A stretch of DNA of 64,000 bases from Deltaproteobacteria bacterium (lineage in GTDB: Bacteria; Desulfobacterota; Desulfobacteria; Desulfobacterales; C00003060), in NCBI GenBank assembly GCA_019307135.1, contig JAFDKF010000018.1, positions 11,321 through 75,320 of the forward strand, written 5' to 3'. How positions within the stretch are numbered: position 1 is the first letter of the stretch; each line of letters starts with the position of its first letter. Of this stretch, positions 8,457 through 16,535 are shown in pieces. Position numbers and translations under genes: made by a program. The notes under the pieces are model-generated. The model was not told the DNA's origin, made no database searches, and worked only from the letters and a program-made list of their open reading frames with translations.

Positions 8457-9748
8457 GCTGTCACCTCCCCCTTAAGTGTTTTGATATTAAAGAGGAACGT
8501 CCCGATTACCCAGACCCCAAACCCGGCGATTACAATGAAGAAGGCCCAGACGCCAATGGTGTCTAGAATATCACCCGCCTGTTTTGATATCGGAATGTAA
8601 CCCAAGGCGCCCAACTTGCCTGGCAGGGCAAAGGCACGATTGACAAAACCGGCCAACACAGCCATGGCATAGAATCCACGGATCGTGATCCCCTTCACGA
8701 CCTTTGTGGTCATGGCCCCGACCTGGATGCCCAGCAAGGACCCCAGGAGCATACCCATTGCCAGGGTATAGAAAATAAAGCCGTAGATGGCGTACTGGCT
8801 GATTGCGGCATATCCTGCCGTGAAGACGATCTGGAAGATGTCCGTTCCCACTGTGGTCATGGACGAAACCCCCAGGACATAAACAAAGATAGGGAAGGTC
8901 AGAAAACCGCCGCCAACCCCCATGATGCCTGCTGCCATCCCCACGAGGCAACCGGCCAAGACCAGAAAGATCCACGAAATGCCGCGACCACCGGGCGTAA
9001 AGTCATAATCGAATTTGACCATGGGAGGAATCTTCATGGCCTGAAGCTTTTTCGGGAGATTTCCCATCTCCGCCCCTTCTTCTTTTCCACCATGGGCCCC
9101 TGTATCAACGGCTCCACCTGCCGCGGCCTTTCTTGCCTTGAGGAAGTCCGTCATGGCGTAGATCCCCAGAAAACCCAACATGCCAGAGTAGACCGTCGTA
9201 ATAAAGGCATCACTGAGCACCGGATTGATCTCATAAAAAAACCGGTTGATCACCCCGCCGAGTGTCGCCCCTATAATGGCGCCGATCAAGAAGACCGCGG
9301 CCAGAGGCACAGAGACGTTTCCTAACTTCCTGTGGATCACGCTCCCCATGATCGCCTTGGCAAAAATGTGAAAAAGGTCCGTTCCAACCGCTAGAATACC
9401 CTTGATGCCTGCGCTCATCAGGGCAGGAGCGATCACGAACCCCCCGCCTGCGCCGATGCAGCCTGTGATGAGCCCGGCGCCCATGCCTATGGCGATGGAT
9501 ACGATAAAGATAAAGGTATTGTAAAACGCCGGGCTATACGCCTTCTTGCCACCCAGCAAGTCCGGCAGGACCCCGCTAATCGGCTCAGCAAAAGCGACAC
9601 CCACGATTATAATGGGAACAATCAACAAGCCGAGTGCGATTAGCCTCTTGCGGTCGCCAAGTATGGTCTTCGAGTTGTCAATTTCCCACCTGGCAAAGGC
9701 TTTTGTCCCCATCATCATAAACTCATACCACTGTCTAAAGAAATTCAT
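8453..9748 (-). CDS. Double-length TSUP (TauE/SafE) family permease, copy 2
   Basis: Track ORF of 431 aa, colinear with copy 1, with the same GxGGG motifs and the same Gly/Glu-rich inter-half linker. Confidence 0.8.
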   Translation of the reverse strand: MNFFRQWYEFMMMGTKAFARWEIDNSKTILGDRKRLIALGLLIVPIIIVGVAFAEPISGVLPDLLGGKKAYSPAFYNTFIFIVSIAIGMGAGLITGCIGAGGGFVIAPALMSAGIKGILAVGTDLFHIFAKAIMGSVIHRKLGNVSVPLAAVFLIGAIIGATLGGVINRFFYEINPVLSDAFITTVYSGMLGFLGIYAMTDFLKARKAAAGGAVDTGAHGGKEEGAEMGNLPKKLQAMKIPPMVKFDYDFTPGGRGISWIFLVLAGCLVGMAAGIMGVGGGFLTFPIFVYVLGVSSMTTVGTDIFQIVFTAGYAAISQYAIYGFIFYTLAMGMLLGSLLGIQVGAMTTKVVKGITIRGFYAMAVLAGFVNRAFALPGKLGALGYIPISKQAGDILDTIGVWAFFIVIAGFGVWVIGTFLFNIKTLKGEVTA

Positions 9749-9860
9749 GGCAAATCTCTCCTTTTCTGTATACGTTTGTGTACAGGCTCAATATCCTGTG
9801 GAAAAAATATCTCCCCTCCTCGTTACGTCTATTCACACCCCCTTTCTATGCTTCGCAATT

Positions 9861-9935
9861 AGTCGAGTGGTCGAGTGGGAAAATGGTCAAGTGGTTAACG
9901 ACTCGACCACTCAACACACTCGACTACTCGACCAA
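9861..9935. repeat. Hairpin repeat, family I (copy in operon 2)
   Basis: It has the same sequence and position as 6727..6800. Confidence 0.6.
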
Positions 9936-9957
9936 CTGGGGCCAAGCCCCTGATTTC

Positions 9958-10227
9958 CTATTCCACCACAATCCTCCGGCCGTGAATAATAACGCTTCGA
10001 CTCTCTTTTGACTTCAGATCCCCTTCCAATCCGACTTGCTTCAGGGCATCCTCAAGCGTGATCATGCCCAGAACCTCCTTTCCACTGCTTACGGCAATCC
10101 GCTTCAGGTCATTCTTCAGCATCACCTCGAGGGCCTCTGTGATCCTGTCTTCAGGACCAACAGAGGGTTTGAGCCCAACATCTTCTTTAATCGGTATGAT
10201 GATCTCTTCAACAGCAAGCCGCTTCAT
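9958..10227 (-). CDS. Single-CBS-domain protein, copy 2
   Basis: MKRLAVEEIIIPIKED... aligns with copy 1. I prefer ATG 10227, because the track start at 10254 is a GTG inside the terminus of the adjacent MITE. Confidence 0.75.
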   Translation of the reverse strand: MKRLAVEEIIIPIKEDVGLKPSVGPEDRITEALEVMLKNDLKRIAVSSGKEVLGMITLEDALKQVGLEGDLKSKESRSVIIHGRRIVVE

Positions 10228-10242
10228 GCCGGTCCTTTCAGT

Positions 10243-10440
10243 GTAGGCGTTCACAGGTTCAGAGGTTCAGGGTTCACGGTTCACCGTTCAGAAGTCAGAG
10301 ATCAGAAGTCAGAGATCAGAAGTCAGAGATCAGAAGTCAGAGATCAGAAGTCAGAGATCAGAAGTCAGAGATCAGAAGTCAGAGATCAGAATTCTATTTT
10401 TTTAACTGCCCCCTGAACCTCTGAACCCGTGAACGGTTAC
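10243..10440. mobile_element. Hairpin MITE, family A (arms built of GGTTCAG heptads, termini GTAACCGTTCACGGG-like), copy A1
   Basis: The left arm is gtaggcgttcacaggttcagaggttcagggttcac and the right arm is ctgaacctctgaacccgtgaacggttac. The core is seven exact tandem copies of cagaagtcagagat (10289..10386). Confidence 0.8.
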
Positions 10441-10462
10441 GGGAGCGTTGCGTCCGTCAAGG

Positions 10463-10477
10463 GCAAGATACGTACCA
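10463..10477 (-). promoter_or_regulatory. Sigma-54 (-24/-12) promoter P3
   Basis: The minus strand reads tcTGGTACgtatcTTGCCc with GG-N10-GC spacing. It lies just downstream of the activator gene stop and ~235 nt upstream of ATG 10227, and MITE A1 fills the leader. Confidence 0.7.
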
Positions 10478-10664
10478 GAGACCAGCCGGGCATGGCTGAT
10501 TGTTCATAACATATTGATATTACAACAAAGCGAGCATTGCTGGCCTCAGCATATTTTTAAGGGGATAGCAGGCCTGTCAACTAATAGGTTACAGTTGAAG
10601 TGGATATCAGGAGGCGGGGACGGGGAAAGCGCTTGAAATTACTTGAGCTTGATGGGAGCAACTT

Positions 10665-12068
10665 TTAGGTTACATGCTTCTTGAATTCCTCTGCATCGAT
10701 CTTCTCGTGTTTCATTATTCTATGCAGGTATTGCCGCTGAACCCCTGCCTGGTCTGCGGCCCGGGAAATGTTGCCTCTGTTTTGCTGAAGAACGCCCTGA
10801 ATGTATTCTCTATGAAATGCCTTGATCACGGCCTCTTTGGCCTCCCTGAAAGGAAGCCCGTAAATGGCCTCGTTGAAATACGGCAGCGGCCTCGAGTCAG
10901 TCCTTTCAGGCATGAGATCTTCAAGCCTGATTCGATCAGACTGACACAGGATCACTCCACGCTCAATCACATTTTCTAACTGTCTGACATTTCCCGGCCA
11001 CTCCCGAGCCATGAGCATGGACATGGCCTTGGGCTCGATATCACGTATGTCTCTATTGTTGAGTTTGCTGTATTTTTCAACAAAGTGATGCACCAGAAGC
11101 GGTATATCCTCCCGACGCTCACGGAGTGCAGGCAGGCGAAAACAAATCACATTCAGCCGATAGAAGAGGTCCTCTCGGAATTTCTTCTCACCTATACGCT
11201 GCCTGAGATCATGGTTAGTGGCAGCCACAAACCGAATGTCAGCATCCCTGGTATTCAAGCCGCCCACCGGCTTGTACTCTCCCTCCTGGAGAAGGCGCAA
11301 AAGCTTCGCCTGCATGACCGTGTTCAGCTCTCCAACCTCATCCAGGAACAGGGTCCCCTTGTTGGCCTCCTCCACCAGGCCCTTCTTATCATTCCAGGCG
11401 CCGGTGAATGCGCCCTTCTTATGTCCAAAAAGCTCGCTTTCAATAATCTGTTCAGGGATGGCTGTGCAGTCGATGGTTACAAGAGGCTTGTCACGCCGGT
11501 CGCTGTAGGCATGGATCGCCTTGGCCACAACTTCTTTTCCGGTGCCACTCTCCCCTTGAATCAAGATCGTTGCCATCGATTTGGCCACCTGCTTTATCCT
11601 GCTTAGAATCGACATCATGGCCAGGCTGGACCCGACAATGGAAGGAAACGCCTTCTGCTGTTCAAGGGACTGGCGCAAGGCAACGTTCTCGCGGGCCAGT
11701 GCCTGCCAGTCTAAGGCCCTGCGAAGGGTCAACAGGATGCGTTCTTTTCGGAAGGGTTTTGCAATATAGTCAAAGGCCCCCTTTCGTGTGGCTTCTACCG
11801 CGGTTTCAATCGTTGCATAGGCAGTCATGATAATAACGTCCGAAGAAGGTTGAATCCTTTTGATCTCCTCAAGCAAGGCAATCCCATCCATCTTGGGCAT
11901 CTTCAGGTCGGTGATGATCAGGTTAAAGGGTTCTCTGTGGATCATTTCGATCGCCCTCAACGGGTCAGATTCTGTCATCACGTCATGTTCGGTCTTTCCG
12001 GTGATGATCCTCCTGAGAAGGGCCAGCATATCCTTTTCGTCATCAACAATCAAAATCCTACCCTTCAT
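10665..12068 (-). CDS. Sigma-54-dependent response regulator (NtrC family: REC + AAA+ + HTH)
   Basis: Track ORF of 467 aa with REC motifs (ILIVDDE, ITDLKMPKMDG), Walker A (GESGTGKE), the GAFTGA loop (GHKKGAFTGA) and a C-terminal HTH. Confidence 0.9.
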   Translation of the reverse strand: MKGRILIVDDEKDMLALLRRIITGKTEHDVMTESDPLRAIEMIHREPFNLIITDLKMPKMDGIALLEEIKRIQPSSDVIIMTAYATIETAVEATRKGAFDYIAKPFRKERILLTLRRALDWQALARENVALRQSLEQQKAFPSIVGSSLAMMSILSRIKQVAKSMATILIQGESGTGKEVVAKAIHAYSDRRDKPLVTIDCTAIPEQIIESELFGHKKGAFTGAWNDKKGLVEEANKGTLFLDEVGELNTVMQAKLLRLLQEGEYKPVGGLNTRDADIRFVAATNHDLRQRIGEKKFREDLFYRLNVICFRLPALRERREDIPLLVHHFVEKYSKLNNRDIRDIEPKAMSMLMAREWPGNVRQLENVIERGVILCQSDRIRLEDLMPERTDSRPLPYFNEAIYGLPFREAKEAVIKAFHREYIQGVLQQNRGNISRAADQAGVQRQYLHRIMKHEKIDAEEFKKHVT

Positions 12069-13272
12069 GACCCATCCCCTTCTTGGCTCTCAGCAAGACT
12101 GTAAACGTCGTTCCTCGGGGTCTCCGGTGCCCATCTTCGGTGCTGCTTTCACACGTAATAGTTCCTTCGTATTTCGTTACAATCCCGTGACTCACGAACA
12201 GCCCCAATCCTGTCCCCTCCCCTTCGCTCTTGGTCGTGAAGAAGGGGTCGAAGATATTCTCCACATGTTCTTCCTTGATGCCGTGTCCGTTGTCTCGGAC
12301 CGTGACGCGCACCTTCCCTGGCCCTGCATCCGGAGCTGTCTTGATTTCCAACATGCCTTCACCCTTCATAGCTGCGGCCGCATTGTTGATCAGGTTCAAG
12401 AAGACCTGTTGCATCTGGCGCAAATCCCCCTTTACCCTGGGAAGGCCGGAAGCCAGTTCCATCCGGAGTTCAACATTGTTCATCTCCAGAGAATGCTCTA
12501 CAACACCAATAATCTCATTAATAGCCTCATTGATGTCACAAGATTCAGACTCCCCCTCACCCTGTCGGGCAAAACTCAGGAGATTTTCCACCACTTGCTT
12601 GCAATGAAGGCTGTGGCGCTCAATGGTTTTCAAGTCCTGGTAGTTCTGGCTCTCTTTATCAAACTTCTCCAACAAAAGATCCGTAAAGCCAAGCATAACA
12701 CCTAAGGGATTGTTCAGTTCATGGGCCACGCCGGCAGCCAGGGTCCCCATTGAAGCCAGCTTTTCGGTATTGATGAGCTGGCTTTCGAGTTTTTTGTTTT
12801 CAGTAATGTCCCTGGCAATACATAGAACAGATACGACCCTTTCCTGCTCGTCTTTTAAGGGCATAAGGTTGGCGCTCAGCCATGTGTAATGCTCACCCGT
12901 CTTTACCATGAACTCATCCCGCACGCTTTTCCCAAACCGAAAGACCATGCGGATAAGCTTGAGCTGCTGAGATGCAACCTCTTCCGAGAAAAGGACAGAC
13001 AGCGGCTTGCCAAGAAACTGCGAAGGGGTCCCCCCGAAAAAATTAGCGGTAAAATTGTTCAAGGATTGAAAACGGCCGGATTTATCAACCGTAAAGATAA
13101 AGTCTTCTGTGCTTTCGATCAAACTACGGTACTTTTCTTCAGACTTCTTCAGTTCCTCAGTCTTCCCGGCGACCTGCTGCCGGAGACTGCGAACCCGCTT
13201 CTCTTCGTATAATAGAACAGCGCCTATACCTGTAACGATAAAAGCAATGCTTGTGCACAGTACCCAGAACAT
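12058..13272 (-). CDS. PAS sensor histidine kinase
   Basis: Track ORF of 404 aa with an N-terminal TM segment and a PAS region, plus the motifs HELNNPLGVMLGF, LINNAAAAM, DNGHGI and GTGLGLF. It overlaps the downstream regulator gene by 11 nt. Confidence 0.85.
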   Translation of the reverse strand: MFWVLCTSIAFIVTGIGAVLLYEEKRVRSLRQQVAGKTEELKKSEEKYRSLIESTEDFIFTVDKSGRFQSLNNFTANFFGGTPSQFLGKPLSVLFSEEVASQQLKLIRMVFRFGKSVRDEFMVKTGEHYTWLSANLMPLKDEQERVVSVLCIARDITENKKLESQLINTEKLASMGTLAAGVAHELNNPLGVMLGFTDLLLEKFDKESQNYQDLKTIERHSLHCKQVVENLLSFARQGEGESESCDINEAINEIIGVVEHSLEMNNVELRMELASGLPRVKGDLRQMQQVFLNLINNAAAAMKGEGMLEIKTAPDAGPGKVRVTVRDNGHGIKEEHVENIFDPFFTTKSEGEGTGLGLFVSHGIVTKYEGTITCESSTEDGHRRPRGTTFTVLLRAKKGMGHEG

Positions 13273-13297
13273 ACGGCTCTACCCTGCTTCGCCCATA

Positions 13298-13438
13298 AGA
13301 GATCAGAAGTCAGAAGTCAGAGGTCAGAGGTCAGAGGTCAGAGATCAAAAGCCAGAAGCCAGACCTCCGACCTCTGATCTCTGATCTCTATTTTTTCAAC
13401 TGACCTCTATTCTTTTAACTGAACCCGTGAACGGTTAC
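13298..13438. mobile_element. Family A element, copy A2 (core and right arm only)
   Basis: It contains cagaagt/cagaggt heptad runs, ccagacctccgacctctgatctctg, and the terminus ctgaacccgtgaacggttac. It lies 26 nt upstream of the kinase start at 13272. Confidence 0.7.
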
Positions 13439-13591
13439 GAAAGATCTTAATGCAACAAAACCAGCAAAGAGTCAACAAAGGAAAACTCGACCTTGCATGA
13501 AGGGCGATTGTGTCATAGTATGGCCGGACTCAGGGGCTTGGCCCCAATTGGAGTAATGGAGTGATGATGAAAGTGAACTTTTTTTGATATT

Positions 13592-15082
13592 TTGAGAATG
13601 TCGAACCGAATTAGTCTACGCGCCCGTCTGTTCTTGATCCTGGCCGCCCTGGTTGTCATCACGTCGGCTGGCGGGTCCGTCATGATGTGGCACACCTATC
13701 AGACAGACTCCCTTTTGAAGGGGATCATCGATAAGGACCTGGCTGCACTTCAGGCTGCCGAATGCTTGGAGAACGCTCTGGTGAACCAGAAGGGGTTTGT
13801 CTCCTATTACTTTCTCGACGGCAACCCGGACTGGCTCAAGAAATTGGGAGAGTACCGTGGGGCATTCAAGGAACGGCTCAGCGAGGTCAGGAAACTTGCT
13901 CGCACGCCGACTGACAGCGAAACCATAGATCAAATCGCGTCCGGCTATGCTGAGTACATAAGAGACAAAGATGAAGTGATCGCTTTGTACAAGGCTGGAG
14001 AGCGGGAATCCGGTGCCAGGCTCCATTGGAAGGTGCGCAGTCACTTTTTCAAAATCCTCGACCTGTGTGAGGAGTACAAGAATGTTTATAATAGAAGGAT
14101 TGACCTCGCCCGGACCAAGAGCGACACCCGGGCCAGGCAGCTCAGGCTCATTGCGGGCACAACCATATGGACGGCTATTCTTCTCGGCGTGCTATTGGCC
14201 TTTGTTCTGATGAGGCAAATCCTGAATCCGCTTCGCAGGCTGGCGTTGGACGGAGATGAAGCCGGAAGTACGGTCGCATCCGGGGATGAAGTCAAGGCCG
14301 TAAGCCGCCGTGTTCACAGCCTGATGGAAGACATGGGCCAAACCAGAATCCAGCTAGAACGAAGCCAGGAGCATCTGTTGCAGTCTGAGAAGCTGGCCCT
14401 TGTGGGTAGGCTGGCGGCAGGGATGGCTCACAGCATAAGGAATCCTTTGACATCCGTGAAGATGCGACTCTTTTCTATGGGACGAACGATGGAGCTGTCT
14501 GAAACCCAGAAAGACGACTTCGATGTGATTTCGGAAGAGATCCGCCATATTGATAACATCGTTCAGAATTTCCTCGAGTTTTCCCGGCCGCCCAAGCTAA
14601 AGATGCAGAAAGTGAGTCCTTCAGATGTGGTGGACATGGCACTCCAGCTTCTCCGGCACCGCCTCGAATCGTACGGTGCTGACGTCAAGCTTGAACGTCA
14701 ACGCCGGCTTCCCGAGATCGCGGCAGATCCGGAGCAGTTGAAAGAAGTCCTGGTCAACCTGCTGGTTAACGCGTGCGAAGCCATGGGAGGAGGTGGCCGG
14801 ATTGTAATATCCGAACAAGAGGGCATTATCGAACCACTGGGCAACGTAGTGGTCATCCAGGTGAAAGACAACGGCCCGGGGGTCCCTGAAACTATCCAGG
14901 ACACGTTGTTTGAGCCATTTTTTAGCACCAAAGAGGAAGGCACGGGGCTCGGCCTGAGCATCGCCGCACGAATCGTCGAAGACCACGGCGGCTGGCTGAA
15001 TCTCAGATCTCATAGAGGCAAGGGAGCAACCTTCACCATTACCCTTCCATGCAAGGAGGAACAGAGTTGGGTGAGATCCTGA
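13592..15082 (+). CDS. Sensor histidine kinase with a periplasmic helical sensor domain
   Basis: Track ORF of 496 aa. Two TM segments flank a ~170-aa extracytoplasmic region. Motifs are HSIRNPLTSV, LLVNACEAM, DNGPGV and GTGLGLS. Confidence 0.85.
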   Translation: MRMSNRISLRARLFLILAALVVITSAGGSVMMWHTYQTDSLLKGIIDKDLAALQAAECLENALVNQKGFVSYYFLDGNPDWLKKLGEYRGAFKERLSEVRKLARTPTDSETIDQIASGYAEYIRDKDEVIALYKAGERESGARLHWKVRSHFFKILDLCEEYKNVYNRRIDLARTKSDTRARQLRLIAGTTIWTAILLGVLLAFVLMRQILNPLRRLALDGDEAGSTVASGDEVKAVSRRVHSLMEDMGQTRIQLERSQEHLLQSEKLALVGRLAAGMAHSIRNPLTSVKMRLFSMGRTMELSETQKDDFDVISEEIRHIDNIVQNFLEFSRPPKLKMQKVSPSDVVDMALQLLRHRLESYGADVKLERQRRLPEIAADPEQLKEVLVNLLVNACEAMGGGGRIVISEQEGIIEPLGNVVVIQVKDNGPGVPETIQDTLFEPFFSTKEEGTGLGLSIAARIVEDHGGWLNLRSHRGKGATFTITLPCKEEQSWVRS

Positions 15083-16500
15083 TCGTTGATGACGATGCCC
15101 AGTTGCGGCAAAGCTTCGACAAACTCTTGACCGAAGAAGGCCACACCATACGCACCGCACCTAAAGGCGAGACGGCCATTGCTATGATTCGTGAGTGCGC
15201 GCCCGACATGGTCGTCATGGATGTGCGTTTGCCCGGAATGAGTGGACTTGAGACCTTTCGGGAAATACGCGAAATAGAGCCCAGGCTTCCCGTGATAGTG
15301 ATGACGGCCTTCGGCACTACTGAGACTGCCATCGAGGCTACCAAGTTAGGTGCCTTCGAGTATGTGCTCAAGCCGTTCGACATCCCAGACATCCTGGCCT
15401 TGATTGACCAGGCCCTCGAAGCGGGTCGATTCATGCGCGCAAGGGTGGAGATAGACGCAGTCCCGGAAGCGGGCTCTACCGAAGCAATTATTGGTCGAAG
15501 TAAGGCCATGCAGGAAGTCTACAAGGCCATTGGCCGGGTAGCTCCTACTGACGCTACAGTACTTATCCGTGGCGAGTCTGGCACCGGCAAGGAGCTGGTG
15601 GCTCGTGCAATATATCAGCACAGTCTCCGGCCAGACCAACCTTTTCTTGTGATCAACTGCGTGGCCATTCCCGAGACCCTGCTGGAAAGTGAGCTGTTCG
15701 GATATGAAAAAGGGGCCTTCACCGGTGCGGTGAGCCGCCGTGTGGGAAAGATCCAGCAAGCCCACAACGGAACGGTGTTCCTTGATGAAATCGGCGACAT
15801 GCCTTCCAGTATCCAGGCCAAGATCCTGCGCCTGCTCCAGGAAAAGAGTATAGAACGCCTCGGCGGCCGCGAGCCCATCCCGGTGGACGTAAGAATGATT
15901 GCGGCAACCAACCGGGACCTGGAAGCGGCCTTAACTGAGGGCCGGTTCCGAGAGGATCTCTATTATCGCCTCAAGGTGGTCACCCTCCGGCTTCCTCCGC
16001 TGCGCGATCGATTCGACGATATCCCTCTTCTTGCCGATTACTTCCTTGCCCGCTTCTCAAAAGAGATGAGCGCTGACAATCCGGGAATAACTAAGAAGGC
16101 CACGACCTTTCTTAGAGGTCATCATTGGCCGGGTAATGTCCGCGAATTGTCCAATACAATCCAAAAGGCATTGATTTTCAACCGAGGCGGCCCCATCAGT
16201 CTGGAGGATATGGCCCAGGCCATGGGCCGCGAGCGTGTCTCAGCGGGGGCAGAGAGCAACGCGAATGAGGCGATCCGTCAATGGGTTCGCGAAACACTCA
16301 CCTCCGGCACTGCAAAGGATACGTTTAACTCCCTGATGGATCACTTTGCCGCAGTGCTAATCAGTGAAGCCCTGGAACTCACTTCCGGCAACCGCACCCG
16401 TGCGGCCGAACTATTAGGAGTTTCCAGGCCCACCCTCCTGTCCAAAATCGAAAAATATCGCCTTAGGATAGAAACTTCGGTTAAAGGAGACTCGCCTTGA
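15067..16500 (+). CDS. Sigma-54-dependent response regulator (NtrC family)
   Basis: Motifs are REC (ILIVDDD), GESGTGKE, GYEKGAFTGA and a C-terminal HTH. I prefer the TTG start at 15067, 7 nt after aggagg. The track start at 15049 lies inside the kinase gene. Confidence 0.9.
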   Translation: MGEILIVDDDAQLRQSFDKLLTEEGHTIRTAPKGETAIAMIRECAPDMVVMDVRLPGMSGLETFREIREIEPRLPVIVMTAFGTTETAIEATKLGAFEYVLKPFDIPDILALIDQALEAGRFMRARVEIDAVPEAGSTEAIIGRSKAMQEVYKAIGRVAPTDATVLIRGESGTGKELVARAIYQHSLRPDQPFLVINCVAIPETLLESELFGYEKGAFTGAVSRRVGKIQQAHNGTVFLDEIGDMPSSIQAKILRLLQEKSIERLGGREPIPVDVRMIAATNRDLEAALTEGRFREDLYYRLKVVTLRLPPLRDRFDDIPLLADYFLARFSKEMSADNPGITKKATTFLRGHHWPGNVRELSNTIQKALIFNRGGPISLEDMAQAMGRERVSAGAESNANEAIRQWVRETLTSGTAKDTFNSLMDHFAAVLISEALELTSGNRTRAAELLGVSRPTLLSKIEKYRLRIETSVKGDSP

Positions 16501-16535
16501 TATTTGTGGCCATTCAGGATAATCCGTGAAAGGCT

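Noticed and set aside
10289-10386. Seven exact tandem copies of cagaagtcagagat, with similar runs at 13298, 43230 and 49395, considered as a possible CRISPR array
   Set aside because: The repeats are contiguous 14-mers with no spacers and no cas genes nearby. They form the core of hairpin MITEs whose other arm carries the complementary sequence.
10036-10416. Track ORFs reading through repeat elements: 10036..10416, 13109..13384, 21480..21872, 25919..26323 (-), 33412..33627 (-) and 4373..4627
   Set aside because: Their sequences (SEVRDQKSEIRSQR..., PPTSDL, GSRVQRFRV...) are translations of the heptad repeats, and the same peptides recur wherever an element occurs. They have no ribosome-binding sites and overlap better-supported features.
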